Positions 25,977-36,412 of a stretch of DNA of 42,540 nt are shown piece by piece. Below the pieces are notes generated by a model. It saw only the letters and a list, made by a program, of their open reading frames with translations, was not told the DNA's origin and ran no database searches. Position 1 is the stretch's first letter. Each line of letters begins with the position of its first letter. Origin of the DNA: a virus (Duplodnaviria > Caudoviricetes); IMG/VR virus record IMGVR_UViG_3300031953_000040, positions 1 through 42,540 of that record. One strand, written 5' to 3'. Made by a program: the position numbers and the translations under genes.

Positions 25977-26726
25977 ATGAGACTCGCATCAACACTCGCA
26001 AGAGACTGGGCACTCGACGTCACCGAAGACAACGGCGCTACCTGGGTGCCCGTATTCGGATGCTCCAGCCTCAACGCCATGTTCGTCACCTCCGAGCAGG
26101 ACGACTCGGACATCGACCAGCAGGGCTTCGCATCGGCAATCGCCACCGGCCTCGCCTACTCCATCGAAGGAGCATGCAAGCGGAAGGGTGACACTTCATC
26201 CGGAAGCTACGTCGACGACCCCGGGCAGGCGATCTTGCGTCGCAGAGGCCGCAAGACGGGGCTGGACAACATTGTCACCGCACGCATCTACCGCAAGGAT
26301 GCACTCCCGGACGCCTACAAGTGCGACCACACCGTCAAGTGGACGGACACGGCAGCGGGGGATGTGAACGCGCTCCAGCAGTCGACGTTCACGCTGACCG
26401 GTCGCGGGAAGCCGGAGGAGATCAGCAAGCCTGTTCGCGGGGCGCTGGTAACAAAGATCATTACGCGTTCGGCTGCGACGGCGGGCACGTTCACATTGTC
26501 CGTTGTGACGGCAACGAGCACCGAGGTTACCGGTGCGCTTCCTTGGAATGCCACCGCGCTTCAGGTGCAGGCTGCTCTCGAAGCGCTCGTCAATGTCGGC
26601 GAAAGCAACGTTTCCGTCACGGGTGCTCCGGGTGGCGCGTGGACGGCGAACTTCTCTGTCCTCGTCACAGGTATGACCGGCATCGGTACGTCACTGACCC
26701 CGTCGGGCACCGTCACCATCACCTAG
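25977..26726 (+). CDS. Major tail (tube) protein with C-terminal accessory domain
   Basis: LARDW...DPGQAIL...FTLTGRG core; C-terminal GTFTL...WNATALQVQAALEAL domain. Confidence 0.85.
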   Translation: MRLASTLARDWALDVTEDNGATWVPVFGCSSLNAMFVTSEQDDSDIDQQGFASAIATGLAYSIEGACKRKGDTSSGSYVDDPGQAILRRRGRKTGLDNIVTARIYRKDALPDAYKCDHTVKWTDTAAGDVNALQQSTFTLTGRGKPEEISKPVRGALVTKIITRSAATAGTFTLSVVTATSTEVTGALPWNATALQVQAALEALVNVGESNVSVTGAPGGAWTANFSVLVTGMTGIGTSLTPSGTVTIT

Positions 26727-26741
26727 TACCGGAAGGTCATC

Positions 26742-27269
26742 GTGGATGATCTCGAAGCGCTCCTGGACCCGGATCTGACCCTGCCCATCGACGGCAATCA
26801 CTTCCGGGTCCGGTGCAGCGCCCGCCAAGGCTTACGCGTAACCAGGCTCGTCGCACTCGGACTTGAACTCGACGACCAGCAAGAACGCATCGAGGTCCGC
26901 GCCATACTCGGCGACGCCTACACCCAGCTCACCGAAGCAGGAGTTTCGTGGCCGCGGATTGCATTCGCCGGGCGCACAGCGATCCTTCACTACGGTCACT
27001 CGCCGGACCTCGCTGCCCGGTACTGGGAGAGCGGTGGGACGCCGGGAAATCCGATACCCCCATCACCGAATCAGGTGGCGATGGGGGAGAAGCTGCGGAA
27101 CCTGTTCCGCAGGAATGCATCTGCAACGACGAATGCTCAGGACGCCTCACCTGCACACCGGGTACATACGGCCCTGAAGATACAGGCGGTGGGCCGCTGG
27201 ACCCGAACACCGGGCTCCGTCGCTGGTACGAGCCTGAACCGGAAGCAGCGGCGGGCGCAGGCACGGTAA
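26742..27269 (+). CDS. Tail assembly chaperone G
   Basis: Between MTP and TMP; contains the slippery site. Confidence 0.8.
   Translation: MDDLEALLDPDLTLPIDGNHFRVRCSARQGLRVTRLVALGLELDDQQERIEVRAILGDAYTQLTEAGVSWPRIAFAGRTAILHYGHSPDLAARYWESGGTPGNPIPPSPNQVAMGEKLRNLFRRNASATTNAQDASPAHRVHTALKIQAVGRWTRTPGSVAGTSLNRKQRRAQAR
27044..27050 (+). other. -1 programmed frameshift heptamer G GGA AAT
   Basis: X XXY YYZ in frame; the -1 frame is open to 27460. Confidence 0.75.
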
Positions 27270-27460
27270 CCAGCACATGGGCGGACATCCTGTTCGGCCA
27301 TTGGTCAGCCATCGAGGAAGACCTCCTAGTTCACCGCGGTATCGACGTCGAGTCAGGCATTCTCGATGCCCGGTCCTGGCGGTGGCTGAAAGCGCGCATC
27401 TCCGGCCTCACCGACGACCCCACCACACGCTTGCATGCAGCGTTGACGAAAGCGGCCTGA
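27044..27460 (+). CDS. Tail assembly chaperone T segment (G-T fusion 26742-27460)
   Basis: The -1 frame ends WSAIEEDL...GIDV...RSWRWLKARISGL, typical of actinophage T segments. Confidence 0.75.
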   Translation, partial: GKSDTPITESGGDGGEAAEPVPQECICNDECSGRLTCTPGTYGPEDTGGGPLDPNTGLRRWYEPEPEAAAGAGTVTSTWADILFGHWSAIEEDLLVHRGIDVESGILDARSWRWLKARISGLTDDPTTRLHAALTKAA

Positions 27461-27828
27461 TGCCCACCTTCAAGGAAACGACTTTCGACCCCGATCTGCA
27501 TCTGCCTATCGGCGGGAAAATGTACACGGTGAAAGCGCCATCCGGTGACGAAGGTCAACGTCTCCGCATCGTCGCCGTCGACGGCAACACACCACTCGCA
27601 TACCTCATCGACGAGGCAGTGAACGTTCTCGGTTCGGCATTCGACGAGATGGCCGCGGATGGTGTCGCATGGACGCACATTCTGCATGCGGGACGCACCG
27701 CGATCATTCACTTCGGAATGTCACCTGACCTCGCCGAAATTCATTGGCAACTATCGCATCTCGGGAAACTCGAAGACATCGACCAACTGGTCAAACGTAT
27801 CGAGAAAGCCGAGACGTCTGAAGCATGA
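27460..27828 (+). CDS. Second tail-chaperone paralogue
   Basis: Shares DPDLxLPIxG, GVxW and AGRTAIxHxGxSPDLA with the 26742 gene; TGATG-coupled. Confidence 0.75.
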   Translation: MPTFKETTFDPDLHLPIGGKMYTVKAPSGDEGQRLRIVAVDGNTPLAYLIDEAVNVLGSAFDEMAADGVAWTHILHAGRTAIIHFGMSPDLAEIHWQLSHLGKLEDIDQLVKRIEKAETSEA

Positions 27829-27848
27829 TCTGATCGGAGGGTCGGCCT

Positions 27849-30800
27849 GTGGCATTGAACGTAGGCGAGCTTGTTGCCACTCTTACCGTCGACGATTCCC
27901 GGTACACCCGCGGAATGGCCGACGCACAGACTGCATCGGTGCGGATGGCGCAGACCGCCACCGAGACCAGTCGTACTGTGCAACGCTCCAACGAGCAGTC
28001 CGCGACGTCATACCAGCAGCTCGCACAGCAAGCACAGCGTTCGCAGTCGCAGGCCGAGACTGCGCAGACCCGCGCACGTACGGCGGTGGAGAATCGCACG
28101 ACAGCTGAGCAGAACATGCGGACGGTGTTGGAGCGTGTCGGTGCGACCGAATCGGAACGTGCGGCAGCGGCTCGCCGCTACGAGACTGCAACCGACCAGG
28201 CAACGCGGGCGCAGGAACGCGCACGGGACGCCACACGCGACTACCAGCGTGCGCAGGAACGAGCAGATCGGGCCACCCAACAGTTCGGGGATTCTGCCCG
28301 CGACGCGGAACGTGAAGTCCGGCAACTCGGCGAAGCATCCGACGATGCCGCAGAATCTTCCCGCGGCATCGGCGAAGGTGTACGCGAACGAATGGAAGGC
28401 GCATTCTCCGGGGTCGGTGAAATAGCCGGCCGATCAGGTTCATCCGGTGGCGGCAACTTCCTCTCCGAGTTCTCCGGGAAGATCAGCGGCTTGGCAGGCA
28501 AAGGCGGCCCGATCGCGGCGGCACTTGTCGGTGTCGCTGCCGTAGGTCTCGCAGCGGGCGCGATCCTCGCGAACGCCATCGCAGACGGCATGGAGCGGGA
28601 GAAGCAAGAGGACCTTATTCAGGCGAAGCTCGGAGTCAACGAGGAAACCGCTCGCCGTATCGGTGAAGCAGCAGGTCTCGCCTACTCCAACGCGTGGGGC
28701 GACTCCATCGCAGGGAACATGGACGGTGCGCGTGCCGCGATCCAGTCCGGTCTCCTGACCGGCGAGGAAGACACCAAAACCTTCCAGTCGACGATCGAGC
28801 AGTTGAATGTTGTTGCCGAGTTGATGGGTGAGGACATCCCCGCTGTCGCGCGCGCCGCTGGCCAGTCGGTGAAGAACGGTATCGCCAACGACGCAACGGG
28901 GGCATTCGACCTACTGGTGAAGTCGCAGCAGAACAGCCTCAACGTGTCCGAGGATCTTCTCGACTCACAAATCGAGTACTCGACACAGCTTCGCGCGATG
29001 GGCCTCGAAGGTGAAGAGGGTTGGGCGTTGGTCGCGCAGGGTGTCAAAGGTGGCGCGCGGGACACTGACGTCGTTATCGACGCCCTGAAAGAAATGAAGC
29101 TGCGGGCCACTGACGGGACCGCGGCAGCGGCAGACGGTTTCGAGAAACTGAGTCTCAATTCGGATTTGTGGACGACGGCCATGAATGAGGGTGGTGAGGC
29201 GTCGCGTAATGCGATGGCCGATGCCCTGCGTGGTCTCAATGCGATTACCGATCCGACGGAGAAGAACGCGGCTGCGTTGGCGTTGTTCGGGACGAAGTTC
29301 GAGGACATCCAGGGCGCAGCCTTCGCACTCAACCTTGACACTGCCGTGGCACAGTTCGGTGAGGTCGAGGGTGCCGCTGCGAATGCGGGTAACACGATGT
29401 CCGGTAACACGGCGTCATCGTTCGAGTCGGCGAAACGGTCCATCGAAACGTCCTCGAATGACATCAAGCTCGCGCTCGCGCAAGCATTCGGCCCAGCACT
29501 GACCGACGTCGCGAACTGGGTGACGACGCACAAGCCGGAACTCATCGCGTTCTTCACCGGACTCGCTTCAGCCGCACTTACCACAGGAATCGGTATCGCA
29601 CAGTTCTCGGCGGACGCCCTCCGCGTGATGGCGAATTTGAGCGAGGGCACAGGCAAAGCACTCGGCTTCATGGTCGGCGGCATGGGCGAGGTAGTCGGTG
29701 TCGCGGGAAGTCTCGCGCGGGCACTCGGGATGGACGGTGTCGCTGACAAACTCGAAGGCGTCGGCGATGCGATGAAGGGATTTCAGGACGCTACCGAGCA
29801 TGGCGCGGACACGATGCGTGGGATGGCTGACTCCATCGACAGTGCCATTCCCAGCTTGGAGAACGTCCGCGATGGTGTGGTCGATGCTGGTGAACGTGCA
29901 GAGACTTCGGCGCGACTCATGCAGGCGTTGGGCACTGCTGTCGTGGAGGACATCCCGGATGAAAAGTCGATCATCATTGATTCGAATACTCCAGAGCAGA
30001 CGGAAGCGTTGAAGGCGCTCGGCCTGAAAGTCGAGGAGCTGCCGGATGGGACGTTCAAGGTCACGTCGAACACGGATGAAGGTCAACGCGCGATCGATGC
30101 GTTCATCGGGAACAACTCCGGTAAGTCGATCGATATGTTCGTCGAGTTGGAGCAGCGGAGGATCGGGTATTGGGAAAGCCGGGGGGTGTCCTCTGAGGAT
30201 GCTCCGTCGATGCAGGGCCCGGTCCCTGTCATCGGTGACGGCAACAGTATGGGTGGCGGTGGCGGTCACTTCGCTGATGGTGGTATCCGAGAGGCGCATG
30301 ATCCGCAGATCGGCGATGGCCGCGTCACCCGCATCTGGAATGAGCCGGAAACCGAGGGCGAATCGTATATCCCGCATGCCGCGTCGAAGCGGTCACGCGC
30401 GGAAGACATTCTTGGGATCACCGCGAGGAAGTTCGGGTTCGGGCTCGTCAAGTCGTTCGCTGAGGGCGGTGTCATCGGCAAGGATGGTCTCGATGCGTCG
30501 ATGTCATGGGCGCAGTCGATGGACCCGGCTACGTACGGGATGGGCGGGTTCTCGACGTCGGTGATCGACTGCTCCGGTGCTGTCTCGGGTGCCATCAACA
30601 AGGCTCTCGGGTTGGATGCGTTCGACTCGCGGATGTCGACGGTCACGGAAGGGTCGTGGTTGCAGGCGCGGGGCGCGATCCTCGGCAAAGGGCCTGAAGG
30701 GACGGTCCGAGTCGGCTGGTGGGATGAGGGTGGCGGCGCGAACGGTCACACCGCTATGACCTACCCGGACGGCACGAACTTCGAATCGAATGGGTCGGAA

Positions 30801-31697
30801 GGTGTCGTCGTCGGCGGTAAGACCGGATTCGACGATCCGAGCTTCACTGACCATGCGTGGTTCCCGATGTCCGGGGATCTCGGGGCGGCGTCGGACACGG
30901 GCGCTGGATTCAATGCTGAGAATGATCCTGATGGGTCGAAGGCGTTCGCTGCTGGGGACTTCACCGAACGGTACCGGCAGGCATACGGCGTCGAAGAGGA
31001 TCAGGTGAGTTCTGGCACGACGACGTCGGGTGTCGGCTTGTCGACTGACGGTAGCCGCGTGTATGTCACGAACTGGCCGTCGACGCTGGGCGGCTCGGAC
31101 AAGCCGAAGGAGGAGGAGCGAAAGCCGATCCTCACGGCAGGGTTGAAAGTGTTCGCGAACGGCGGCGTCGAGGATCACACCGCGCAGATCGGCAACGGTG
31201 TGACGCGGATGTGGAACGAACCGGAGACGGGCGGCGAAGGGTACATCCCACTGTCGCCGTCGAAGCGCCCTCGGTCGGTGGCGGTCACAAAGGCTATCGC
31301 GAACCGATTCGGCTACCAGTTGGTCCCGATGGCTGACGGCGGACTCACCGGGTTCGGTGGCTATCAGGACTCGGACCGCCCGACGCTCGACATCCCACTC
31401 AACGGACAGGGCATGTCGGCGAACAAACAGCGAGCGAGCCTCAACAACCTGCTTGCCCTCGGGGTTGGCGGGCTCAACACGCTCGCATCGGGTTTCGACG
31501 GCAACGGCAACTTCACCGGCAAGTTCGACACCGGCTCCAACAGTCCCGCTGTGCTGGAGGAAGGACTCGGGCAGCTCCTCGGCAAGTTCGACGAACTCAT
31601 CGATGCAGCGAAGAACGGGAAGCCCATCGACGTCCAAGTCGACATCGACCAAGGCAACCGGTCAGCGAACATCGCCATCATGGAAGCAGGGCTGTGA
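27849..31697 (+). CDS. Tape measure protein with C-terminal NlpC/P60-like peptidase
   Basis: 1282 aa, Ala-rich helical; MALNVGELVATL start; ALFGTKFED; DCSG...GHTA...FES. Confidence 0.95.
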   Translation: MALNVGELVATLTVDDSRYTRGMADAQTASVRMAQTATETSRTVQRSNEQSATSYQQLAQQAQRSQSQAETAQTRARTAVENRTTAEQNMRTVLERVGATESERAAAARRYETATDQATRAQERARDATRDYQRAQERADRATQQFGDSARDAEREVRQLGEASDDAAESSRGIGEGVRERMEGAFSGVGEIAGRSGSSGGGNFLSEFSGKISGLAGKGGPIAAALVGVAAVGLAAGAILANAIADGMEREKQEDLIQAKLGVNEETARRIGEAAGLAYSNAWGDSIAGNMDGARAAIQSGLLTGEEDTKTFQSTIEQLNVVAELMGEDIPAVARAAGQSVKNGIANDATGAFDLLVKSQQNSLNVSEDLLDSQIEYSTQLRAMGLEGEEGWALVAQGVKGGARDTDVVIDALKEMKLRATDGTAAAADGFEKLSLNSDLWTTAMNEGGEASRNAMADALRGLNAITDPTEKNAAALALFGTKFEDIQGAAFALNLDTAVAQFGEVEGAAANAGNTMSGNTASSFESAKRSIETSSNDIKLALAQAFGPALTDVANWVTTHKPELIAFFTGLASAALTTGIGIAQFSADALRVMANLSEGTGKALGFMVGGMGEVVGVAGSLARALGMDGVADKLEGVGDAMKGFQDATEHGADTMRGMADSIDSAIPSLENVRDGVVDAGERAETSARLMQALGTAVVEDIPDEKSIIIDSNTPEQTEALKALGLKVEELPDGTFKVTSNTDEGQRAIDAFIGNNSGKSIDMFVELEQRRIGYWESRGVSSEDAPSMQGPVPVIGDGNSMGGGGGHFADGGIREAHDPQIGDGRVTRIWNEPETEGESYIPHAASKRSRAEDILGITARKFGFGLVKSFAEGGVIGKDGLDASMSWAQSMDPATYGMGGFSTSVIDCSGAVSGAINKALGLDAFDSRMSTVTEGSWLQARGAILGKGPEGTVRVGWWDEGGGANGHTAMTYPDGTNFESNGSEGVVVGGKTGFDDPSFTDHAWFPMSGDLGAASDTGAGFNAENDPDGSKAFAAGDFTERYRQAYGVEEDQVSSGTTTSGVGLSTDGSRVYVTNWPSTLGGSDKPKEEERKPILTAGLKVFANGGVEDHTAQIGNGVTRMWNEPETGGEGYIPLSPSKRPRSVAVTKAIANRFGYQLVPMADGGLTGFGGYQDSDRPTLDIPLNGQGMSANKQRASLNNLLALGVGGLNTLASGFDGNGNFTGKFDTGSNSPAVLEEGLGQLLGKFDELIDAAKNGKPIDVQVDIDQGNRSANIAIMEAGL

Positions 31698-31700
31698 TCA

Positions 31701-32528
31701 ATGTCGAGAGCCTTCAAGCTGGACACCGCGGGCGGGCAGGTGTGGGACTTCAATGACCCCACCTGCCCGCTGCGTCTAGCTTCCGACCCCACCGGCATCG
31801 AAGGCGCAGCATTCGGATTCGACGACCAGAAGAACGTCGGCCAGGCGGGGGTCACCTACCGCGCACGCAACGACGAACCGAACTACATCGGCCTCGACAT
31901 TCACGTCGGCCCCGTCCCGAAAGGCCCCGAAGCGCAGGAGCTACTTCAGCGAGTATGGGATTCTTTCGGCCGCGGCAAGCAGATCCACACATTCCACTCG
32001 ATCACCGACTACAAAGGCGACCTCACCCAACTGGTGCGCCTCGCCGAGGCCACTGCACTCCCGACGTCGATGCTCACGCAGATACGGGACACCGGGTACG
32101 CACGGATACAGAAAAAGCTCCGCTCCGACGAGACATGGTTCCGGAAGAAGCCCGTCGAGAAGTCTTTCACTGCAGCACAGTTCGCTGGCGCGACGATTGT
32201 GTCGGAGTCCGTCGAACCGGTGTGGCCGTACTTCGAACTAACTGGCCCGATAACCACTCCCACCCTCGGTGTCGCAGGCGAGGCTGTACCGCTGCCAACT
32301 ATCGGTGCCGGCCAAACCTGGATCATCAACACCGACCCGGATTTCTTCTCCATTCGCGATCACCTCGATGTGGATCGTTCGTGGGTGCTCCGTTACTGGC
32401 ATACCCAAGCCCCGGCCGCTGAGCCAGGTTCGTCGGTCGATGTTCCGGTGACGATAACCGGTACTGGGACATCGTCCGCTACGAAGCTGAAGGTTATTTT
32501 GCCCCAATTGTTTTGGAGTGGGATATGA
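31701..32528 (+). CDS. Distal tail protein (Dit-like minor tail)
   Basis: Directly after TMP; VWPYFELTGPITTP. Confidence 0.75.
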   Translation: MSRAFKLDTAGGQVWDFNDPTCPLRLASDPTGIEGAAFGFDDQKNVGQAGVTYRARNDEPNYIGLDIHVGPVPKGPEAQELLQRVWDSFGRGKQIHTFHSITDYKGDLTQLVRLAEATALPTSMLTQIRDTGYARIQKKLRSDETWFRKKPVEKSFTAAQFAGATIVSESVEPVWPYFELTGPITTPTLGVAGEAVPLPTIGAGQTWIINTDPDFFSIRDHLDVDRSWVLRYWHTQAPAAEPGSSVDVPVTITGTGTSSATKLKVILPQLFWSGI

Positions 32529-34084
32529 CCGTCATTCTGCCGGGGTATGCGCGCCCGAACACGACCGACGTGCAGGGCTTCGACATCCAGGTCGGTACAC
32601 CGGACGCACTCACATGGCGACCATTCGGTCGGTACATCAGCGCCGAGTTCAAGTGGCACTGGTTCCTCCCCAGCTTTTTCACTATCGTCCTGATGCCCGA
32701 CCACCCCATGATCGGTTACTTCTCTGGCTGCCGACGCAGGGTCATCCATATCAGGACGTGGCGTAACGGGAAATTGTGGTCCGGTCGCATACTTGATTTC
32801 GACGCCGAAGGTCCACCTGGCCGCGAGACGATCACCATCACGGGCGTCAGCAACTTGTTTTGGATTATGCGCGGCCTGGCGTGGGTGAACAACTTGTTCC
32901 CCCCGGAGTTTCAGATCGCGTTGACGGGCAAGCAGGATGTGCGGCTCGGGCCGTTCGACTTCGTCGCGAAGGCGTACTGGTCGACGATCAATACGAGGCT
33001 CCGGAAGCCGAATTATTCCTCGCTGCCGTTGCGGTATGGGACGCCGGAGATGCCGGATCTTGCGGACATTGCCACCCTCGACGATGCTCTCAGTCTGATC
33101 GGCGGGTTTGCGTCCGATCTGGAGTTGGTGATCTTGCAGGCGCGGTTCCCGTCGTTCGGTGACCTGATAAAGCAGTCCGTTGAGAACCTCGAAGTCGGCC
33201 TGTCGAATGATCTGTGGACACCCGCCGACGGCGGTATCTCGCCGCACGTTTTCAACACTGACTCGCTCGCGCAGTTACAGAGCGTCTTCGACTACACGTC
33301 TGACAATTTCCTGAACTTCCTTAACCCTGGCAATGTTCTCGGTCTCGCGAACCCGAACGATTGGGGGAAGATGACCCGCGCCGGGTATGTCTTCTCGACG
33401 CACAAGAAGCGTGACATGCGGAAGATGATGTGGCGCACTGATGGTAATCAGATTGCGCACATCAAACGTCACGTCTCCCACGCGGACGCGCACCGCGTTG
33501 TGATCGGCGGGAAAGCCCCAGAATTTTTGAACCAAGCGATTGAGTGGGGCGCGAACTTCGCGATCCAGCTATTGCTTAATCTCCTTATCCCAGGGGCGAA
33601 CCTCGGGACGATTCTTGTCGGGGACCTGTTCGACGACATCGCGTTCGCGTACCAGCAGTTCTGGGACCCGGACTTGGAGGACGAACTCGGTGAGCATGGG
33701 TTCGGTGAAGTGTTCGGCGACAACACCGCAGCATGGTCCTTGGATGGCGCATCGACTGGTCTGAACACGCTGAAGCAGCATTCGGGTTCGGATGCTGTGG
33801 TGATCACTCCGAATCCGGGGCTCGCTGATCGGGGCTATCAGTTCGGTATTGACGACGGCTCCGGTAGACGGTTTCTGTGTGGCGATGTGATGACGTTCTG
33901 GGATCGCGGTGTGACGACGGAGCAGTACGTATCCGAAGTCATCATCAAGGATTCTGGTGATGGCCGGATGGTCGAGAAGGTTGTCCTCGGTGACGCCGAG
34001 ACAGTCAAGGATGGATTTCAGCGTGTGATGGGCCTGATCAAGGGCGCCGTCGGCACATTCAACGGCATCGCCAACAGCCTCTAG
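32525..34084 (+). CDS. Minor tail/baseplate hub protein
   Basis: WSGRI, GGKAPEFLNQAI, DDIAFAYQ and FLCGD motifs typical of actinophage hub proteins. Confidence 0.8.
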   Translation: MTVILPGYARPNTTDVQGFDIQVGTPDALTWRPFGRYISAEFKWHWFLPSFFTIVLMPDHPMIGYFSGCRRRVIHIRTWRNGKLWSGRILDFDAEGPPGRETITITGVSNLFWIMRGLAWVNNLFPPEFQIALTGKQDVRLGPFDFVAKAYWSTINTRLRKPNYSSLPLRYGTPEMPDLADIATLDDALSLIGGFASDLELVILQARFPSFGDLIKQSVENLEVGLSNDLWTPADGGISPHVFNTDSLAQLQSVFDYTSDNFLNFLNPGNVLGLANPNDWGKMTRAGYVFSTHKKRDMRKMMWRTDGNQIAHIKRHVSHADAHRVVIGGKAPEFLNQAIEWGANFAIQLLLNLLIPGANLGTILVGDLFDDIAFAYQQFWDPDLEDELGEHGFGEVFGDNTAAWSLDGASTGLNTLKQHSGSDAVVITPNPGLADRGYQFGIDDGSGRRFLCGDVMTFWDRGVTTEQYVSEVIIKDSGDGRMVEKVVLGDAETVKDGFQRVMGLIKGAVGTFNGIANSL

Positions 34085-34094
34085 GAGAAGCGTT

Positions 34095-34652
34095 ATGTCT
34101 TTCCGGACCGCATACGGCAACACGCATTCCGAGAATCGGTGGCGGATGTGTAATCGCGACGAGTGTGACATCCCGCGGATCAAGGATCTGTTTCTCGTCG
34201 ATACCGCGCCGCTACGTCAAGGGCCGCCACTGACCATCCTCGGCGCATGGCTCAAGTGGTACGACCTCAACGTCGAGGAGATCGGCTCGCCGGTGTGGGG
34301 CTGGTCGAACACGAACGATGTAGCAACATCGAATCACCTCTCGGGCACTGCCGTAGACGTGAACGCACCCAAGTATCCGTGGGGACGTCGCGTGATGCCG
34401 GGTGATCGGATCGCCAAGATTCGGACAGGGTTGGCCCTGTTCGAAGGCTCGGTGTTCTGGGGTGCCGATTGGTCTCGTGCAGATGAGATGCACTACCAGA
34501 TGGCGTGGGGTGAGGGTGACTCTCGCAATGATGTGTTCGCGGCGAAACTCCTCGCGGGGCATCTCGGCATTTACGGGACTGCGCCTGTGGCTGCTGATGA
34601 CTCGGCAGTGTGGGATGACATCTTCGTTCAGTTCACGGGCGGTGTCCGCTGA
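34095..34652 (+). CDS. Lysin A part 1: M15-family (L-Ala-D-Glu) peptidase
   Basis: SNHLSGTAVD and WGADW...DEMH zinc motifs. Confidence 0.9.
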   Translation: MSFRTAYGNTHSENRWRMCNRDECDIPRIKDLFLVDTAPLRQGPPLTILGAWLKWYDLNVEEIGSPVWGWSNTNDVATSNHLSGTAVDVNAPKYPWGRRVMPGDRIAKIRTGLALFEGSVFWGADWSRADEMHYQMAWGEGDSRNDVFAAKLLAGHLGIYGTAPVAADDSAVWDDIFVQFTGGVR

Positions 34653-35533
34653 TGGGTACCTACTGGGCTGATGTGAGCCAGTATCAGCGTGTCGTCGATG
34701 ACACGTACCCGCATCGGGTGTTTTTCTTCAGAACAAATAGCGGAGACAAGCGCGACACAAATGCGGATGCAAATCTCAGATGGGGTTTGAAGGCTCTGAA
34801 TGACGGGCGAATTGACATCCTAGGGTGCTACTACTTCTTCCGTCCAGGGCAGTCCAACTGCGACCTCTGGCGAGACGTAGTCACAGTCGACGGCAAGATT
34901 CACCCCCAGATCGTGTGCATGGTCGACGTCGAAGGCGACAACGGCTCGGTGCGCGGCGACAACTCGGCTGAGATCAACGACGAAGTACGGCGCGTGCAGG
35001 GCTGGCTCGGTGGTAGCCGTGTCATCGGCTACCTCAACCCGAACGCTGACCCCGGATTGTGGCCTGTGCGGCCCGCGATCCCACTGGTGGTACCGCATTA
35101 CAACAACACTCCCGGGCAGTCGTATCAGTATCCGAATCGGTTCGCGCACCAGTACAGCGACCGCGTGCCGTGCGCCCCATTCGGTGCGTGTGACGCGAAC
35201 TTTTCAGCCCTGGAAATTCCCGCTCTTGCCGAACTGTTCGGCATCACTCTCACAGGAGGAATCGTGGCAGTACCGGAAGATGTGCAGCAGCAGCTCCGAG
35301 GTCCGCAGTTGAAGGGCTGGCCGCAGCTCGGCGATCAGTCGGTCGTCGATGGACTCGCAGATGCGCGGGACGTACTCCTTCAGCCGACGCCGTCGCTGAT
35401 TAGTCCGGAGGTTTCATTTTCTCCCGTCGACTACTGGCGACTGACCGACGCGGCTGCGTATCGCATTGAGCGTGCCGCGGAGCGCATCGAGGCTGCACTG
35501 GCCCGTATCGAAACCAATCTGGGAGGTAAGTGA
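34652..35533 (+). CDS. Lysin A part 2: GH25-like glycoside hydrolase with C-terminal LGFP-like/binding region
   Basis: ADVSQYQ, MVDVE, AHQYSD, CDAN; QLRGPQLKGWPQLG tail. Confidence 0.8.
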   Translation: MGTYWADVSQYQRVVDDTYPHRVFFFRTNSGDKRDTNADANLRWGLKALNDGRIDILGCYYFFRPGQSNCDLWRDVVTVDGKIHPQIVCMVDVEGDNGSVRGDNSAEINDEVRRVQGWLGGSRVIGYLNPNADPGLWPVRPAIPLVVPHYNNTPGQSYQYPNRFAHQYSDRVPCAPFGACDANFSALEIPALAELFGITLTGGIVAVPEDVQQQLRGPQLKGWPQLGDQSVVDGLADARDVLLQPTPSLISPEVSFSPVDYWRLTDAAAYRIERAAERIEAALARIETNLGGK

Positions 35534-35913
35534 TGTCGAAGCTCGCACAGAATTACCCGACGATCCGCAAGCTGATTTACGCCGTCGTCGTTCTCGTGTG
35601 CGGTGGTCTCGTCATCGCGGGGATCATCACCGAAGCGGAATCCGCAACGTACCTCGCGTACATCGGGTCGGGGTTGGGTGCGCTCGCTGCGATCCTCGCA
35701 TCGGTGAATGTGTCTCCTGCCGTCGTGACGCTTGAACCTGCCGAGTACGAGATCGGGCCGCCTACTGTGGACATCGATATCAAGCACCTGGCCGCGCAGA
35801 TCAGCGAACAATGGAGCAAAGCCTCGACAGTCAGTGCACAGCAGGCAGGGGACACGGTAGCCGACCTCCGCAGGCGCGCAGAAGAGGCGCTCGGCTACCG
35901 CGCTGAGGGCTGA
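35533..35913 (+). CDS. Holin
   Basis: Two N-terminal TM helices (RKLIYAVVV..., ...LAAILASVNV); follows the lysin genes. Confidence 0.75.
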   Translation: MSKLAQNYPTIRKLIYAVVVLVCGGLVIAGIITEAESATYLAYIGSGLGALAAILASVNVSPAVVTLEPAEYEIGPPTVDIDIKHLAAQISEQWSKASTVSAQQAGDTVADLRRRAEEALGYRAEG

Positions 35914-36203
35914 TGGAGGGGTTTCTGACGGGCCCGATTACCGACCTCGGGCCTGAGGGAATCCTTGCGCTCCTCGTCATCCTGATCATGTTCGGGAAAC
36001 TCGTACCGAAGTCCCGGGTGGATGAGGTGCGGGCAGACAAGGATGCCGTCATTAGCGACAAGACGGCCACAATCACGGCCGTCCGGCATGAGCTTCGGGA
36101 AGTGCTGGATCAGAACACCTCCCTCCTGCGTGGGGCGCGGACGACGCTGCATGTCGTCGAATCGCTTCCACGTGTCGACGATTCCGCTGAAGGTGATGGC
36201 TGA
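35913..36203 (+). CDS. Lysis-cassette membrane protein (1 TM + coiled coil)
   Basis: GILALLVILIMFGKLVP. Confidence 0.7.
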   Translation: MEGFLTGPITDLGPEGILALLVILIMFGKLVPKSRVDEVRADKDAVISDKTATITAVRHELREVLDQNTSLLRGARTTLHVVESLPRVDDSAEGDG

Positions 36204-36412
36204 TGTTCAGTCGACGTAGCAGGTGCGAGTCCGAATTGAAGCAGGCGCGTGAAGCGCGGCAGGAACGCCGCGATGCGGAGATGCAGTTGGCGCAGACCCG
36301 ATCCCGGACGCCCGAGGTAGATGAGATCACCGCCCGGTTGGAGCGTCTCTACGACCAAAACAATTTCGGTCACAAGATCGAATTGGCGATGGCCAGAAAG
36401 CGAGCCCAATGA
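36203..36412 (+). CDS. Small basic lysis-cassette protein
   Basis: Coupled; ends ...QNNFGHKIELAM. Confidence 0.6.
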   Translation: MFSRRSRCESELKQAREARQERRDAEMQLAQTRSRTPEVDEITARLERLYDQNNFGHKIELAMARKRAQ

